A stretch of 64,000 bases of DNA from Flavobacteriales bacterium (GCA_019694795.1 JAIBBF010000001.1:262265-326264), one strand, 5' to 3'. Positions 1-9,736 are shown, counted from the stretch's first letter. Notes: a model not told the origin generated them from the sequence alone. Translations and numbers: made by a program.

Positions 1-891
1 GGAAAAACATTAAATATTCATTTGGGTCGACATCCGGTTATAGAAAAATCTTTACCCGAAGGTGTTCCTTATGTACCGAATGATATTTATCTCGATAACG
101 ATCAGCAACAAATCATTATGATAACCGGTCCGAATATGGCCGGTAAATCTGCCCTGCTTCGTCAGACTGCGCTGATTGTTTTAATGGCACAAATGGGTTC
201 TTTTGTTCCGGCACAATCTGCACAAATCGGAATTATCGATAAAGTATTTACACGCGTTGGTGCTTCAGATAATATTTCGTCAGGAGAATCAACCTTTATG
301 GTTGAAATGAATGAAACCAGCAGTATTCTGAATAACATTTCCGACCGCAGTTTAATTCTACTTGATGAAATCGGTAGAGGAACGAGTACCTACGACGGAA
401 TTTCAATTGCCTGGGCCATTGCCGAGTTTTTGCACGATAACGGTAAAGCGCGACCAAAAACGTTATTCGCTACCCATTACCACGAACTAAACGACATGGA
501 AGGTACTTTCCCTCGCATTAAGAACTTTAATGTTTCGGTAAAAGAATCAGGAAACAAAGTCATTTTCATGCGAAAATTAGTACCAGGTGGTAGTGAGCAT
601 AGTTTCGGAATACACGTTGCAAAACTCGCAGGAATGCCCTCCAAAGTGGTTTTAAGAGCCAATGAAATACTTTCTCAACTCGAAGCTTCCCACGGAGCTG
701 CAGAACGAGGAGAAAAAACCGGGAAAAAATCACCCGTTGCGGGTGATGAAATGCAGCTTAGCTTTTTTCAATTGGATGATCCGGTTTTATCTCAAATCCG
801 CGATGAGATTGAAAATACCGACATCAATACGCTCACTCCCGTAGAAGCTTTGATGAAGCTGAACGAAATAAAAAAACTTATCGGAAAATAA
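1..891 (+). CDS. mutS: DNA mismatch repair protein MutS, C-terminal part (5' end lies upstream of the window)
   Basis: Frame is open from the window edge to the stop at 889-891. Walker [23 protein letters not shown] and THYHEL motifs match the MutS ATPase domain. Confidence 0.9.
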   Translation, partial: GKTLNIHLGRHPVIEKSLPEGVPYVPNDIYLDNDQQQIIMITGPNMAGKSALLRQTALIVLMAQMGSFVPAQSAQIGIIDKVFTRVGASDNISSGESTFMVEMNETSSILNNISDRSLILLDEIGRGTSTYDGISIAWAIAEFLHDNGKARPKTLFATHYHELNDMEGTFPRIKNFNVSVKESGNKVIFMRKLVPGGSEHSFGIHVAKLAGMPSKVVLRANEILSQLEASHGAAERGEKTGKKSPVAGDEMQLSFFQLDDPVLSQIRDEIENTDINTLTPVEALMKLNEIKKLIGK

Positions 892-920
892 AAAACCCCG
901 CCTTTTGAGCGGGGTTTTTC
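892..920. terminator. Bidirectional intrinsic terminator between mutS and the convergent adhesin gene
   Basis: Hairpin aaaaccccgc/gcggggtttt has an A-run on one side and a T-run on the other. Confidence 0.7.
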
Positions 921-936
921 TATTTATAAAACCGAA

Positions 937-3900
937 TTAGTCCATCAACACTACACGCTGAACCATTTTGTTCGAAGCGTTTTCTATAGTGATAAAATAA
1001 ACTCCACGTTCGAAGGTGCTTAAATCAATCGTTGTTTGAGTTCCATTTACAGATTTTGTTAATACAACTTGTCCAACTGCATTGATTGCACTTACATTGT
1101 ACTGACCAGCATTACTTAATGTAAGATTAAAGATTCCATTGGAAGGATTTGGATAAATTGAAACCTGAACAGTATTCAATTCGCTAACTCCAACCTGAGA
1201 ACCGATCGTTACTTGGGCATTTTCTGTACAGCCATTTGCATCCGTTACAATTACATCATAGGTTCCTGCAACTAATCCAGAAGGATCTTCGGTAGTAGAA
1301 GTAAATCCGTTTGGACCTGTCCAACTGTATCCATATGGTGCAGAACCACCGGTTACAATCAGGTTAACAGAACCATCATTTCCTTGCATTTCATCGAAAC
1401 CGATGGCAGTTGCTGCCATAACTGAAGGTTCATTTACGGTAACAATAGACGAAGCTGTACATCCATTATCATCTGTAATAGTTACTGTATAATCACCACC
1501 GTGAAGTCCATTTACATCTTCAGTTACAGAAGTGAAATTGTTTGGATCCACCCAGTTAAATGAATAAGGAGAAATTCCTCCTGTTACAGTAATATCAATT
1601 GAACCATTTTGATTTCCATTACATGTTACATTGGTAATTGCAGTTGAAATATCAATAGCATCCGGCTCTATAACATCTACATCAATCGTTGCGATACAGT
1701 TGTTGTTATCGGTAACTTCAAGTGTATATGATCCTGCGCTTACTCCTGAAATATCTTCAGTAGTGCTGCCGTTCACATCATTCCACAAATAAGTAGCAGA
1801 AGTTGCAGTTCCGTTAAGTACTACATCAATTTGAATATCTCCTGTTACATCACCATTACAATTTAAATTCAACACAGAGCTGGCATTTAAACTAACGGTC
1901 GGACCATTTGGATCTACAACAGAAAGTGAAGCTGTTCCGGTACATGAATTATCGTCGGTAACAGTTACTGTGTATGAACCTGCAGCCAGATCTGTTGGAT
2001 CTTCATTGCTTGAAGAATAGCTGCCACCATCAGTCCAACTAAATCCATAGTTAGCACTTACAGTACCACCATTAACAGTAATAGAAGCTGTACCGTCGTT
2101 TAATCCGCATACTGAAGGATCAGTAGTGAAATCTACGGTAACATCTATTGCAGAAGGTTCAAAAATAGTAACGCTTCCTGCATCTGCACATCCATTGGCA
2201 TCAGTAGCAAAACCAGAATAGGTACCTGCTGATAAACCTGATAAATCTTCCGAGTTGATAGTTCCGTCCCAAATTACAGTATATGGAGCTGTTCCACCGC
2301 TAATAGTAATATCGATGAATCCATCATTACCACCATTACATGAAACATCTCCTGTTACTACTCCTACAACTGCAAAATCATTCGTTACTGTAACATCAAA
2401 AGAAGATGTGGTAAAATTACCGGCATCATCCGTTGCTGTATAGGTTACAGTAGTAGTACCAACTGTAAATGCATCACCTGAAGCATAATCTGAAGTAATT
2501 ACTACAGTTCCTCCACATACATCACTTGCTGTAGGTTCTGTCCATGTAACAATTCCTGTACAACCATTATTATTAGCAGCAATGGTAACATCTGTTGGCA
2601 TAGATGCTAAAACAGGTGCTTCATTGTCTACAACAGTCACAGTAAATGATGAATTGGTTGTTTGTGAAGAAGCGTCGGTGTATGCATACGTAACGGTTGT
2701 TATCCCAACAGGGAATAAAGAACCTGAAGATAAACCTGCAGTTAATGTTCCTGATAAACCATTACCATCACAATCATCATTAAATGTAGGTGAAGTATAG
2801 TTCACAATTGCTCCACATGTAGAAGCATCAACGTTTACATTGATATTAGAGGTGGAAGTCGCAACTGTTGGAGCATTATCCTGTACAGTAACAGTTACTG
2901 TATTGGTCATCTCCAAATTGCATGAACAGTTTGATACACCGGTTTGCCATGCGATATTTTCATCAACATTGGTAAGGATACCTTCGTTTGCATTCACAGA
3001 ATGATCAGTTGCAGTTGTGCTTCCAGAAACCTGATTAAAGTTGTAATACAACAACAATCCCATTTCATTACCATTTACACAATTGCTCATGTTCGCCGAT
3101 ACTTCACTTGCTGATAAAGCGTAATTCCAGATTCTTAATTCATCCAGATTACCGCCAAAATTATCTGCTCCCCAACCCGTATTACCAACATGTACTACAC
3201 CTGATCCGTTGTAATCTCCCGATGCAATACGTGTTGCTGCCAATACGCCATCCATATACAGATTTTGTGTATTGGTAATTGCATCATAAGTGCCTACCCA
3301 ATGGTGCCAGTTTAAGTCGGTAATTGCAGCAGTGTTGATATCGTCAGCCCAAAATGCCATGGTAAACTCATTGCTTCCTCTGAATCCAAAATGCAATGCC
3401 TGGTCTGTACCAGGTGTACCTTGTGATACGATAAAATCATTTGTTCCAATTGAATTTCTTTTGGCCCAAACTTCAACAGAGAAAGATCTTCCTCCTATCG
3501 AAACCTGATCGGTAGTAATGATTTCATCATTTACACCATCCAATAAAATTCCATTCACATTGCTCTCCGCATAAACGTTATAAGTAGTGGTTGAAGATAA
3601 ATTTCCTGTAGAGAAAGTTAAGGCACTTCCCGTTCCGGTAGTTGGACCATCAACTACAGCATTAGTTGCATCGTTACGCAAATAATAGGTAACACCACTT
3701 TGTGATGAAGCGGTGGTAATTGTAGTTCCTGTATTTGGACAAACAATTGCAGCAGTTGCAGCAGTTGTTTGATTTGAAAGTGCATTTACAGTAAGTGTAG
3801 GAGTGCTTGTCATTTCAGCCGAACAAGAACCGCAAGTTCCGGAACCGCTAACCCAGTCTTGTGCCGGATTCATATTTGTAAGCGTTCCATTTGCTCCACC

Positions 3901-5328
3901 CAAAACATCAGTTAATGTGGTTGAGTTAACACCGTTTTCATATTTGTAATAAGCCACTAATCCTGTTTCTGTTCCAACAAGACATTTATACATAGCAGAG
4001 CGAATTTCAGATTGAGAACGAGCAACATTCCAAACACGCGTTTCATCCATTTGTCCGATTAATGGTTTATGTACACCAGGTACTCCGGCACCAATGGTTA
4101 GCGGACTGGTAGTAGTAAGAGGAACGCCTGTATAGGTAGTACTGGCCATTTCCACTCCGTCTAAATAAATTTTACAAATAGAACCGGAACGCGTAGCAGC
4201 GATGTGATGCCAACCTGAACCAGGAGTGATCACATTTGTTGTAGACAAATTCAAATCTGTTGTTCCATAGATTTGCCATAAAATAAATCCGGAAGGATTC
4301 AGCCAAAGTCCATAGTTACGATTAATAAAATCTCCTTTACCAACAAGGCGAACCCAATCAGAAGAAGTAGCATCCACTTTTACCCAGGTTTCTAATGTAA
4401 TATCACCTGTGATAGTTAATGGAGCGCTATTACCACAATCAACATAATCATCTACACCATCAAAATCCAAAGCACCGGAGGCAGATTGTGCATATACATT
4501 ATACGTAGTTGTTGTAGTGGTAACACCAGTATTTAAATCAATCGCCGCACCGGTTCCTGCAACAGGACCACCAATTACAGTATTGTCGGCATCGTTGCGC
4601 AAATAGTAGTTCATTCCGGCTTCAGATCCACCAAGGTGAACATCGGTTGAACCGGAACAAATCAGCGAACTTGAAATCAGGGACACTGATTGATTTGCTG
4701 CAGAAACAACATTTACCTGAATTAATTGACGTGGACCTTCACAACCACCGGCATCAAGCTGAGATACGCCATAATAGCGTGTACCCACTGCAGCAGTACT
4801 TGGTGTTGGAGCAGTTGTTGTATGTCCGGAACCATATTGATCCGTATACCAACGCAAAGAAGCACCTGTTCCATTTAAAGATGCCATTAATTGGGCAGCA
4901 GTTGCACCCTGGCAATAGGTATAACTAGTTATTGGTGTAGTTGGCAATGCAGGAGCAGATGCTGAGTTAGAAGTAACATGCAAGCTAGCATCTACCGTAT
5001 GCCATGTACCGGCATTGGAAGTCACCTGTAAACTGGTAATCGGAATATATGGTGTTAAATCTAAAGTAGTAGGGGTAGGAAATGAACCCAAATTCGTTCC
5101 GTTTACAATTACGGAGAAGTTTCCACTGCTCCATACAAAGCCGTTCCAAATTCCACAACTACCATCCAGACTAACCGATGTTTGGCAAGTTGACAAATAG
5201 TTAAAATTGACCGAGGCTGTAATTCCTCCATTTACACCTGTAGCTTCATGATAGTCTACAGTGTGTGTCTGAGCCGTCCCTAGCAAGTGGAAGGATGTGG
5301 CCCAAACCATCAGTAAAAGTTTTTTCAT
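937..5328 (-). CDS. Large T9SS-sorted cell-surface adhesin (2x LamG-like, 2x HYR-like, about 6x SprB-type repeats, C-terminal sorting domain)
   Basis: 1463-aa ORF with an N-terminal signal peptide (MKKLLLMVWATSFHLLGTAQ). Two LamG/concanavalin-like blocks end in DETRVWN and DELRIWN. Two HYR-like modules follow (CGAIVNY..., CTGIVTW...), then repeated units of the form CNG..DG.I...GG..PY..W. The C-terminus (IYPNPSNGIFNL...YFITIE...) is typical of a T9SS type A sorting domain. Confidence 0.8.
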   Translation of the reverse strand: MKKLLLMVWATSFHLLGTAQTHTVDYHEATGVNGGITASVNFNYLSTCQTSVSLDGSCGIWNGFVWSSGNFSVIVNGTNLGSFPTPTTLDLTPYIPITSLQVTSNAGTWHTVDASLHVTSNSASAPALPTTPITSYTYCQGATAAQLMASLNGTGASLRWYTDQYGSGHTTTAPTPSTAAVGTRYYGVSQLDAGGCEGPRQLIQVNVVSAANQSVSLISSSLICSGSTDVHLGGSEAGMNYYLRNDADNTVIGGPVAGTGAAIDLNTGVTTTTTTYNVYAQSASGALDFDGVDDYVDCGNSAPLTITGDITLETWVKVDATSSDWVRLVGKGDFINRNYGLWLNPSGFILWQIYGTTDLNLSTTNVITPGSGWHHIAATRSGSICKIYLDGVEMASTTYTGVPLTTTSPLTIGAGVPGVHKPLIGQMDETRVWNVARSQSEIRSAMYKCLVGTETGLVAYYKYENGVNSTTLTDVLGGANGTLTNMNPAQDWVSGSGTCGSCSAEMTSTPTLTVNALSNQTTAATAAIVCPNTGTTITTASSQSGVTYYLRNDATNAVVDGPTTGTGSALTFSTGNLSSTTTYNVYAESNVNGILLDGVNDEIITTDQVSIGGRSFSVEVWAKRNSIGTNDFIVSQGTPGTDQALHFGFRGSNEFTMAFWADDINTAAITDLNWHHWVGTYDAITNTQNLYMDGVLAATRIASGDYNGSGVVHVGNTGWGADNFGGNLDELRIWNYALSASEVSANMSNCVNGNEMGLLLYYNFNQVSGSTTATDHSVNANEGILTNVDENIAWQTGVSNCSCNLEMTNTVTVTVQDNAPTVATSTSNINVNVDASTCGAIVNYTSPTFNDDCDGNGLSGTLTAGLSSGSLFPVGITTVTYAYTDASSQTTNSSFTVTVVDNEAPVLASMPTDVTIAANNNGCTGIVTWTEPTASDVCGGTVVITSDYASGDAFTVGTTTVTYTATDDAGNFTTSSFDVTVTNDFAVVGVVTGDVSCNGGNDGFIDITISGGTAPYTVIWDGTINSEDLSGLSAGTYSGFATDANGCADAGSVTIFEPSAIDVTVDFTTDPSVCGLNDGTASITVNGGTVSANYGFSWTDGGSYSSSNEDPTDLAAGSYTVTVTDDNSCTGTASLSVVDPNGPTVSLNASSVLNLNCNGDVTGDIQIDVVLNGTATSATYLWNDVNGSTTEDISGVSAGSYTLEVTDNNNCIATIDVDVIEPDAIDISTAITNVTCNGNQNGSIDITVTGGISPYSFNWVDPNNFTSVTEDVNGLHGGDYTVTITDDNGCTASSIVTVNEPSVMAATAIGFDEMQGNDGSVNLIVTGGSAPYGYSWTGPNGFTSTTEDPSGLVAGTYDVIVTDANGCTENAQVTIGSQVGVSELNTVQVSIYPNPSNGIFNLTLSNAGQYNVSAINAVGQVVLTKSVNGTQTTIDLSTFERGVYFITIENASNKMVQRVVLMD

Positions 5329-5494
5329 AGATGTTATTTAGTTTAGGCCGAAAATAAATTTTTGAAAACAAACTAAATAAGAACGGAGACGCTATGACGT
5401 GAAATGCAAAACTTTGTATTTAAAATACACAATCGAATGCTTGAGGGGAAAGAAATGAACCGGACTTAAAAAAATAAATAACCTGCGTTTTGGA

Positions 5495-5863
5495 TTACCC
5501 TTCCAGGTGTTCAATATCCCATCCATTAAATAATTCATTCAGAAACTGGTTTTCCTCGACCGTAATTTTTTTATCGGCAATCACCATTTTAACTGCTTTA
5601 TTTAAAAAATCGATGCGTTCTTTCTCTGTAGAATCCTCATAAAAATCGCCCATTGCTTTCACAAAGTGATTGTAATATTCGTCTCTCGGTAATTTCGATA
5701 ATTCCTCTAATTCATTATCGAGGTTGACATTAAATGGGAAACTTTCACTGAGATAATCGACCATCATTAAACCTTCTTCGGGCGAAAACTCACCATCCGA
5801 ATTAGATATAATCATTAATATATGATAGCCGGCGATTACCTTGTTAAACTTTCTCGTTTTCAT
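5495..5863 (-). CDS. Small cytoplasmic protein, possibly TerB-like
   Basis: The ORF extends to 5905, but the likelier start is the Met at 5863 (MKTRKFNK...). The acidic helical protein weakly resembles TerB-type domains. No diagnostic motif was found. Confidence 0.4.
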   Translation of the reverse strand: MKTRKFNKVIAGYHILMIISNSDGEFSPEEGLMMVDYLSESFPFNVNLDNELEELSKLPRDEYYNHFVKAMGDFYEDSTEKERIDFLNKAVKMVIADKKITVEENQFLNELFNGWDIEHLEG

Positions 5864-5915
5864 TGCAATTGTATTTACAGGGTAAAAATAGAATTGGATA
5901 CTCAAGAAAAAAATT

Positions 5916-5944
5916 TTGGGGGTCTAAAATATTTTTTATTTTTG
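5916..5944 (+). promoter_or_regulatory. Candidate Bacteroidota sigma-A promoter for tRNA-Gly (-33 TTG, -7 TATTTTTG)
   Basis: TTG at 5916-5918 and TATTTTTG at 5937-5944 match TAnnTTTG with 18-nt spacing, about 58 nt upstream of the tRNA. The motif is short, so chance hits are expected. Confidence 0.4.
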
Positions 5945-6001
5945 CAGTCCATTCTTCGAATCCTTTAGCCTACCCTTCTAGGTTAAAGACTTGAAAATCA
6001 A

Positions 6002-6075
<74 letters not shown>

Positions 6076-6076
6076 A

Positions 6077-6106
6077 AAACCTCTCGGAAAAGAGAGGTTT
6101 TTTTTT
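6077..6106 (+). terminator. Intrinsic terminator after tRNA-Gly
   Basis: Hairpin aaacctctc-ggaaaa-gagaggttt is followed by a T-run. Confidence 0.7.
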
Positions 6107-6158
6107 AGGACTTTCAAATGTCCGCAAGATAAGAACCGGTTTTACGGTTCAGTTCTTT

Positions 6159-6243
6159 GCCCGGGTGGTGAAATGGTAGACACGAGGGACTTAAAATCCC
6201 TTGGGCAGTAATGCCTGTGCGGGTTCAAGTCCCGCCCCGGGTA
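6159..6243 (+). tRNA. tRNA-Leu (anticodon TAA), class II with long variable arm
   Basis: Acceptor GCCCGGG/CCCGGGT (G1:U72 wobble), anticodon stem-loop AGGGA-CTTAAAA-TCCCT, long variable arm, T arm GCGGG-TTCAAGT-CCCGC. Confidence 0.9.
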
Positions 6244-6248
6244 CAAAA

Positions 6249-6588
6249 TCAGAGCGAGAATGAGAGCGAGAGCGAACATTCTGCTCTGATTTTCCTTCGT
6301 TCTGATTCTGATTCTCATTTCGTCCACCATTAAGTTTGAATTAATGTCCAAACCAAATGTATACAGCGAGAATGAGAGCGAGAGCGAACATTCTGCTCTG
6401 ATTTTCCTTCGTTCTGATTCTGATTCTCATTTCATCCAACATTAAGTTTGAATTAATGTCCCAAACGAAAGTATACAGCGAGAATGAGAGCGAGAGAGAA
6501 CATTCTGCTCTGATTTTCCTTCGTTCTGATTCTGATTCTCATTTCGTTCAATATTAATGTTTGAATTCCAAAATTTAGAAGTTTATAA
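6249..6588 (+). repeat. Tandem repeat, 112-bp unit x about 3, running from tRNA-Leu into the start of the four-helix-bundle gene
   Basis: The string agcgagaatgagagcgagag(c/a)gaacattctgctctgattttccttcgttctgattctgattctcattt begins at 6253, 6365 and 6477, giving a 112-bp period. Each unit holds an imperfect inverted repeat, at 6256-6316, 6368-6428 and 6480-6540. Confidence 0.85.
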
Positions 6589-6901
6589 AAAGGCTAAGGC
6601 ATTTCACTCCGAGTGCAGAAAGCTAATTAATACTAACAGGCTAGATAATTACGTGAAGGACCAATTAGGGAGAGCTTCATTCAGTATTCCCTTAAACATT
6701 GCCGAAGGGAGTGGGAAATTTTCAAAGGCAGACAGAAAAAGTTTCTTTGTCATTGCAAGGGCTTCTGTTTTTGAATGTGTAGCGGTTTTAGATATACTAA
6801 GTGATGAAGAAGTAATTTCAAAAGAATCATTTCAATCACTTGTTGAAAAGGCTGAAGAACTTTTCAAGATCCTATTTTCAATGATTAGGAACCTGAGTTA
6901 A
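6557..6901 (+). CDS. Four-helix-bundle protein (23S rRNA intervening-sequence protein / S23p / Avd-like family)
   Basis: 114 aa. The N-terminal FEFQNLEVYKKA, the central SIPLNIAEGSGKFSKADRKSFF.IARAS..E, and the length all match the family pattern (NIAEG...F..IA.GS..E). Confidence 0.85.
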   Translation: MFEFQNLEVYKKAKAFHSECRKLINTNRLDNYVKDQLGRASFSIPLNIAEGSGKFSKADRKSFFVIARASVFECVAVLDILSDEEVISKESFQSLVEKAEELFKILFSMIRNLS

Positions 6902-7091
6902 TCAACACCACCCTCACCCCTATTCAAAAACAGAATTGCCGGGGAAATTTTCATTTGGAATTTTACTCTTTTAATTCCCTCGATCAATACAAAGTAGAAA
7001 AACAATTAGCGTTTTATTTGCCAAATGAAATAACCTCAACGATTTTTTCTCATGTAAATAAGGAGCAGGGTAAATCAAAAAAATAAAAAGC

Positions 7092-7123
7092 AAAAAAAAT
7101 CCCGCATGTATGGTGCGGGATTT
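7092..7123 (-). terminator. Intrinsic terminator of the lipoprotein gene 7143-7478
   Basis: Hairpin aaatcccgca/tgcgggattt, with a T-run on the minus strand (A-run 7092-7099 on plus). Confidence 0.7.
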
Positions 7124-7142
7124 ATTCTATTCGTATTACGAT

Positions 7143-7478
7143 TTACTTTCGTTTTAAAACGATATCGTTGTCCTTCGATTTAAATTTCAAGAGGTCACCC
7201 TCGATGGTTACACCCATCATGGTTTCTTCTTTTCTTCCTTCAGGTTGAAGAATAATATCCTTTTTGTCTTCGGTCCATTTCCATGTCCCCTTTTCTTCCC
7301 TGCCATCCATAGAAACAGTAATTGTTCCATCACCATGGAATGTAAACACTGCTGCTTTTTCGCGTTCGCTTAATTCTTCGCCGGAAACAGATTCCATTGC
7401 CCAGCTACCTTCGATGGATGGTCCACCCCCACAGGAGATGAACAACAAAAGGATAAATCCTAAAATTGCTTTTTTCAT
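7143..7478 (-). CDS. Small lipoprotein, lipocalin-like
   Basis: Signal peptide with lipobox (LLFISCGG), then a beta-rich 90-aa domain (GSWAMESV... GTWKW...). Confidence 0.55.
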   Translation of the reverse strand: MKKAILGFILLLFISCGGGPSIEGSWAMESVSGEELSEREKAAVFTFHGDGTITVSMDGREEKGTWKWTEDKKDIILQPEGRKEETMMGVTIEGDLLKFKSKDNDIVLKRK

Positions 7479-7504
7479 TTTTTGTAAGATGTATTTGTGA
7501 TTTA

Positions 7505-9736
7505 TTAATTGGCCATTTCACTCATGAACTTAATACGCATGAGCCGCAATTCCTCTTCAGAATATGCACCATCAAATTCATGGTAAGCATCCGTCAACGA
7601 ATCGGATTCTGCACTGCGGAAATAATCAAAAATTTCTTCCTGACAATCCTCATCCAGCACATCATCGATTACATAACTGATATTAATCCGGGTACCGGAA
7701 GCAACAATGCTTTCTATTTCGGCTACAACTTCATTCACGGATTTACCTAATGCTTTTCCAATGCTTTCCAATGAGAGTTTTCGGTCGACATTCTGTATAA
7801 TCTGAACTTTAGCGCCGGATTTATTGACTACGGATTTAATCACTAAATCTTGCGGACGATCAATGTTGTTTTCTTCGACGTATTTAGCAATCAAATCAAC
7901 AAATGGTTTACCAAATCGCTCGGCCTTTCCTGCTCCAACTCCGGTAATGTTGTTTAATTCTTTTACGGTTATCGGATATTGAACAGACATATCCTCCAAT
8001 GAAGGATCCTGAAAGACTACAAATGGCGGAACATTTTTTTGTTTCGCGATTGTCTTGCGTAAATCCTTTAGCATACTGAATAGATTTTCATCTACCGCAG
8101 TTCCACCGGATTTTCCGGAAATAATATCATCATCATCGTCACTGGAATCACCTTCGTAGTCGTGTTCCTTTAACACCATAAATGAAACCGGGTTTTCCAT
8201 AAAGGCCTTCCCTTTTTTGGTGATGTTTAAAACACCATAGGTTTCAATTTCTTTATTGATGTATCCTGCAACAATGGACTGACGAATTACGGCCGCCCAG
8301 AATTTATCGGAATGCTCTGCTCCTTTTCCAAAAACTTCAAGTTTATCGTGCTTGTAAGTGCGGATATCGCCCGTTAAATCGCCGGTTAAAATACTGATAA
8401 GGTGTTTTGCTTTATGTTTTTCTTTGGTCTCGGCAATTGAATCGAGAAGAATTAATAATTCATCTTTTCCTTCTGTTTTTTCACGTGGGTTCCTGCAGTT
8501 ATCACACATATCCCCGCAGCTTTTCTCTTCGAAGTGCTCACCGAAATAATAGAGGAGGTATTTTCTCCTGCACATGGAGGTTTCTGCAAACGAAACAATC
8601 TCATGCAATAATTGCTTGCCGATTTCAACTTCGGAAACATGTTTACCGTTGAGGAATTTTTCAAGTTTTTCAACGTCTTTATAACTATAAAAAGCAAGGC
8701 AATGTCCTTCCCCACCATCCCGGCCTGCACGACCCGTTTCCTGGTAATAGGATTCTAATGATTTTGGAATATCATGATGGATTACAAAACGGACATCCGG
8801 CTTGTCGATTCCCATTCCAAAGGCAATTGTGGCAACAATAACGTCAACATCCTCCATCAAAAACATATCCTGATGTTTTGCGCGGGTAGTTGCATCTAAT
8901 CCTGCATGGTATGCCAGTGCTTTTATTCCGTTGACCTTTAGAATTTCAGCTATTTCTTCAACTTTTTTCCTGGATAGGCAATAAACAATTCCTGATTTCC
9001 CCGACTTGGTTTTAATAAAGCGGATAATCTCTTTTACAACATCACGTTTAGGGCGAACTTCGTAAAACAAATTAGAACGGTTAAATGAGGCTTTATAAAC
9101 CGTAGCATCCATCATACCTAAATTCTTCTGGATATCCATTTGAACTTTAGGTGTAGCCGTTGCCGTTAATGCAATAATGGGTACATTTTCCCCTACCTGA
9201 TCAATCATTGGGCGTAGCTTGCGGTATTCGGGACGAAAATCATGTCCCCATTCCGAAATACAGTGCGCTTCGTCAATTGCAAAAAAGGAAACTTTAATGG
9301 TGGTGAGAAAATCTATATTTTCCTGCTTCGTGAGCGACTCCGGTGCAACATAAAGTAATTTTGTTTTACCGTCGAGAATATTCTTTTTTACTTTTTGTAT
9401 TTCTGCCTTGGTTAAGGAAGAATTTAAAAAATGTGCTACGCTATCATCTGAACCATAATTGCGAATGGAATCAACCTGATTCTTCATCAAAGCAATCAAA
9501 GGAGAAACAACAATAGCTGTTCCCTCCATCATCAATGCGGGCAACTGATAACAGAGCGATTTTCCACCTCCGGTTGGCATGATAACAAAAGTATGGTTGC
9601 CCGAAAGTAAATTATTGATAATAGCTTCCTGATGCCCCTTGAACTTATTAAAACCAAAAAATTTCTGTAGTGCGTCCTTCGGGGAAATCTCTAATGTCTC
9701 CATCTCTAAATCTAAAACTTTGTTCTTGTTTTTCAT
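7505..9736 (-). CDS. recQ: ATP-dependent DNA helicase RecQ
   Basis: 743 aa. Helicase motifs TGGGKSLCYQLPAL and DEAHCISEWGHDFRPEY, a zinc-binding cysteine cluster, and a C-terminal HRDC-like region. Confidence 0.92.
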   Translation of the reverse strand: MKNKNKVLDLEMETLEISPKDALQKFFGFNKFKGHQEAIINNLLSGNHTFVIMPTGGGKSLCYQLPALMMEGTAIVVSPLIALMKNQVDSIRNYGSDDSVAHFLNSSLTKAEIQKVKKNILDGKTKLLYVAPESLTKQENIDFLTTIKVSFFAIDEAHCISEWGHDFRPEYRKLRPMIDQVGENVPIIALTATATPKVQMDIQKNLGMMDATVYKASFNRSNLFYEVRPKRDVVKEIIRFIKTKSGKSGIVYCLSRKKVEEIAEILKVNGIKALAYHAGLDATTRAKHQDMFLMEDVDVIVATIAFGMGIDKPDVRFVIHHDIPKSLESYYQETGRAGRDGGEGHCLAFYSYKDVEKLEKFLNGKHVSEVEIGKQLLHEIVSFAETSMCRRKYLLYYFGEHFEEKSCGDMCDNCRNPREKTEGKDELLILLDSIAETKEKHKAKHLISILTGDLTGDIRTYKHDKLEVFGKGAEHSDKFWAAVIRQSIVAGYINKEIETYGVLNITKKGKAFMENPVSFMVLKEHDYEGDSSDDDDDIISGKSGGTAVDENLFSMLKDLRKTIAKQKNVPPFVVFQDPSLEDMSVQYPITVKELNNITGVGAGKAERFGKPFVDLIAKYVEENNIDRPQDLVIKSVVNKSGAKVQIIQNVDRKLSLESIGKALGKSVNEVVAEIESIVASGTRINISYVIDDVLDEDCQEEIFDYFRSAESDSLTDAYHEFDGAYSEEELRLMRIKFMSEMAN

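Noticed and set aside
6557-6901. The four-helix-bundle gene as the Avd component of a diversity-generating retroelement.
   Set aside because: No reverse transcriptase ORF lies nearby. No template/variable repeat pair with adenine-specific mismatches is present. The neighbouring repeats are 112-bp tandem units and not TR/VR.
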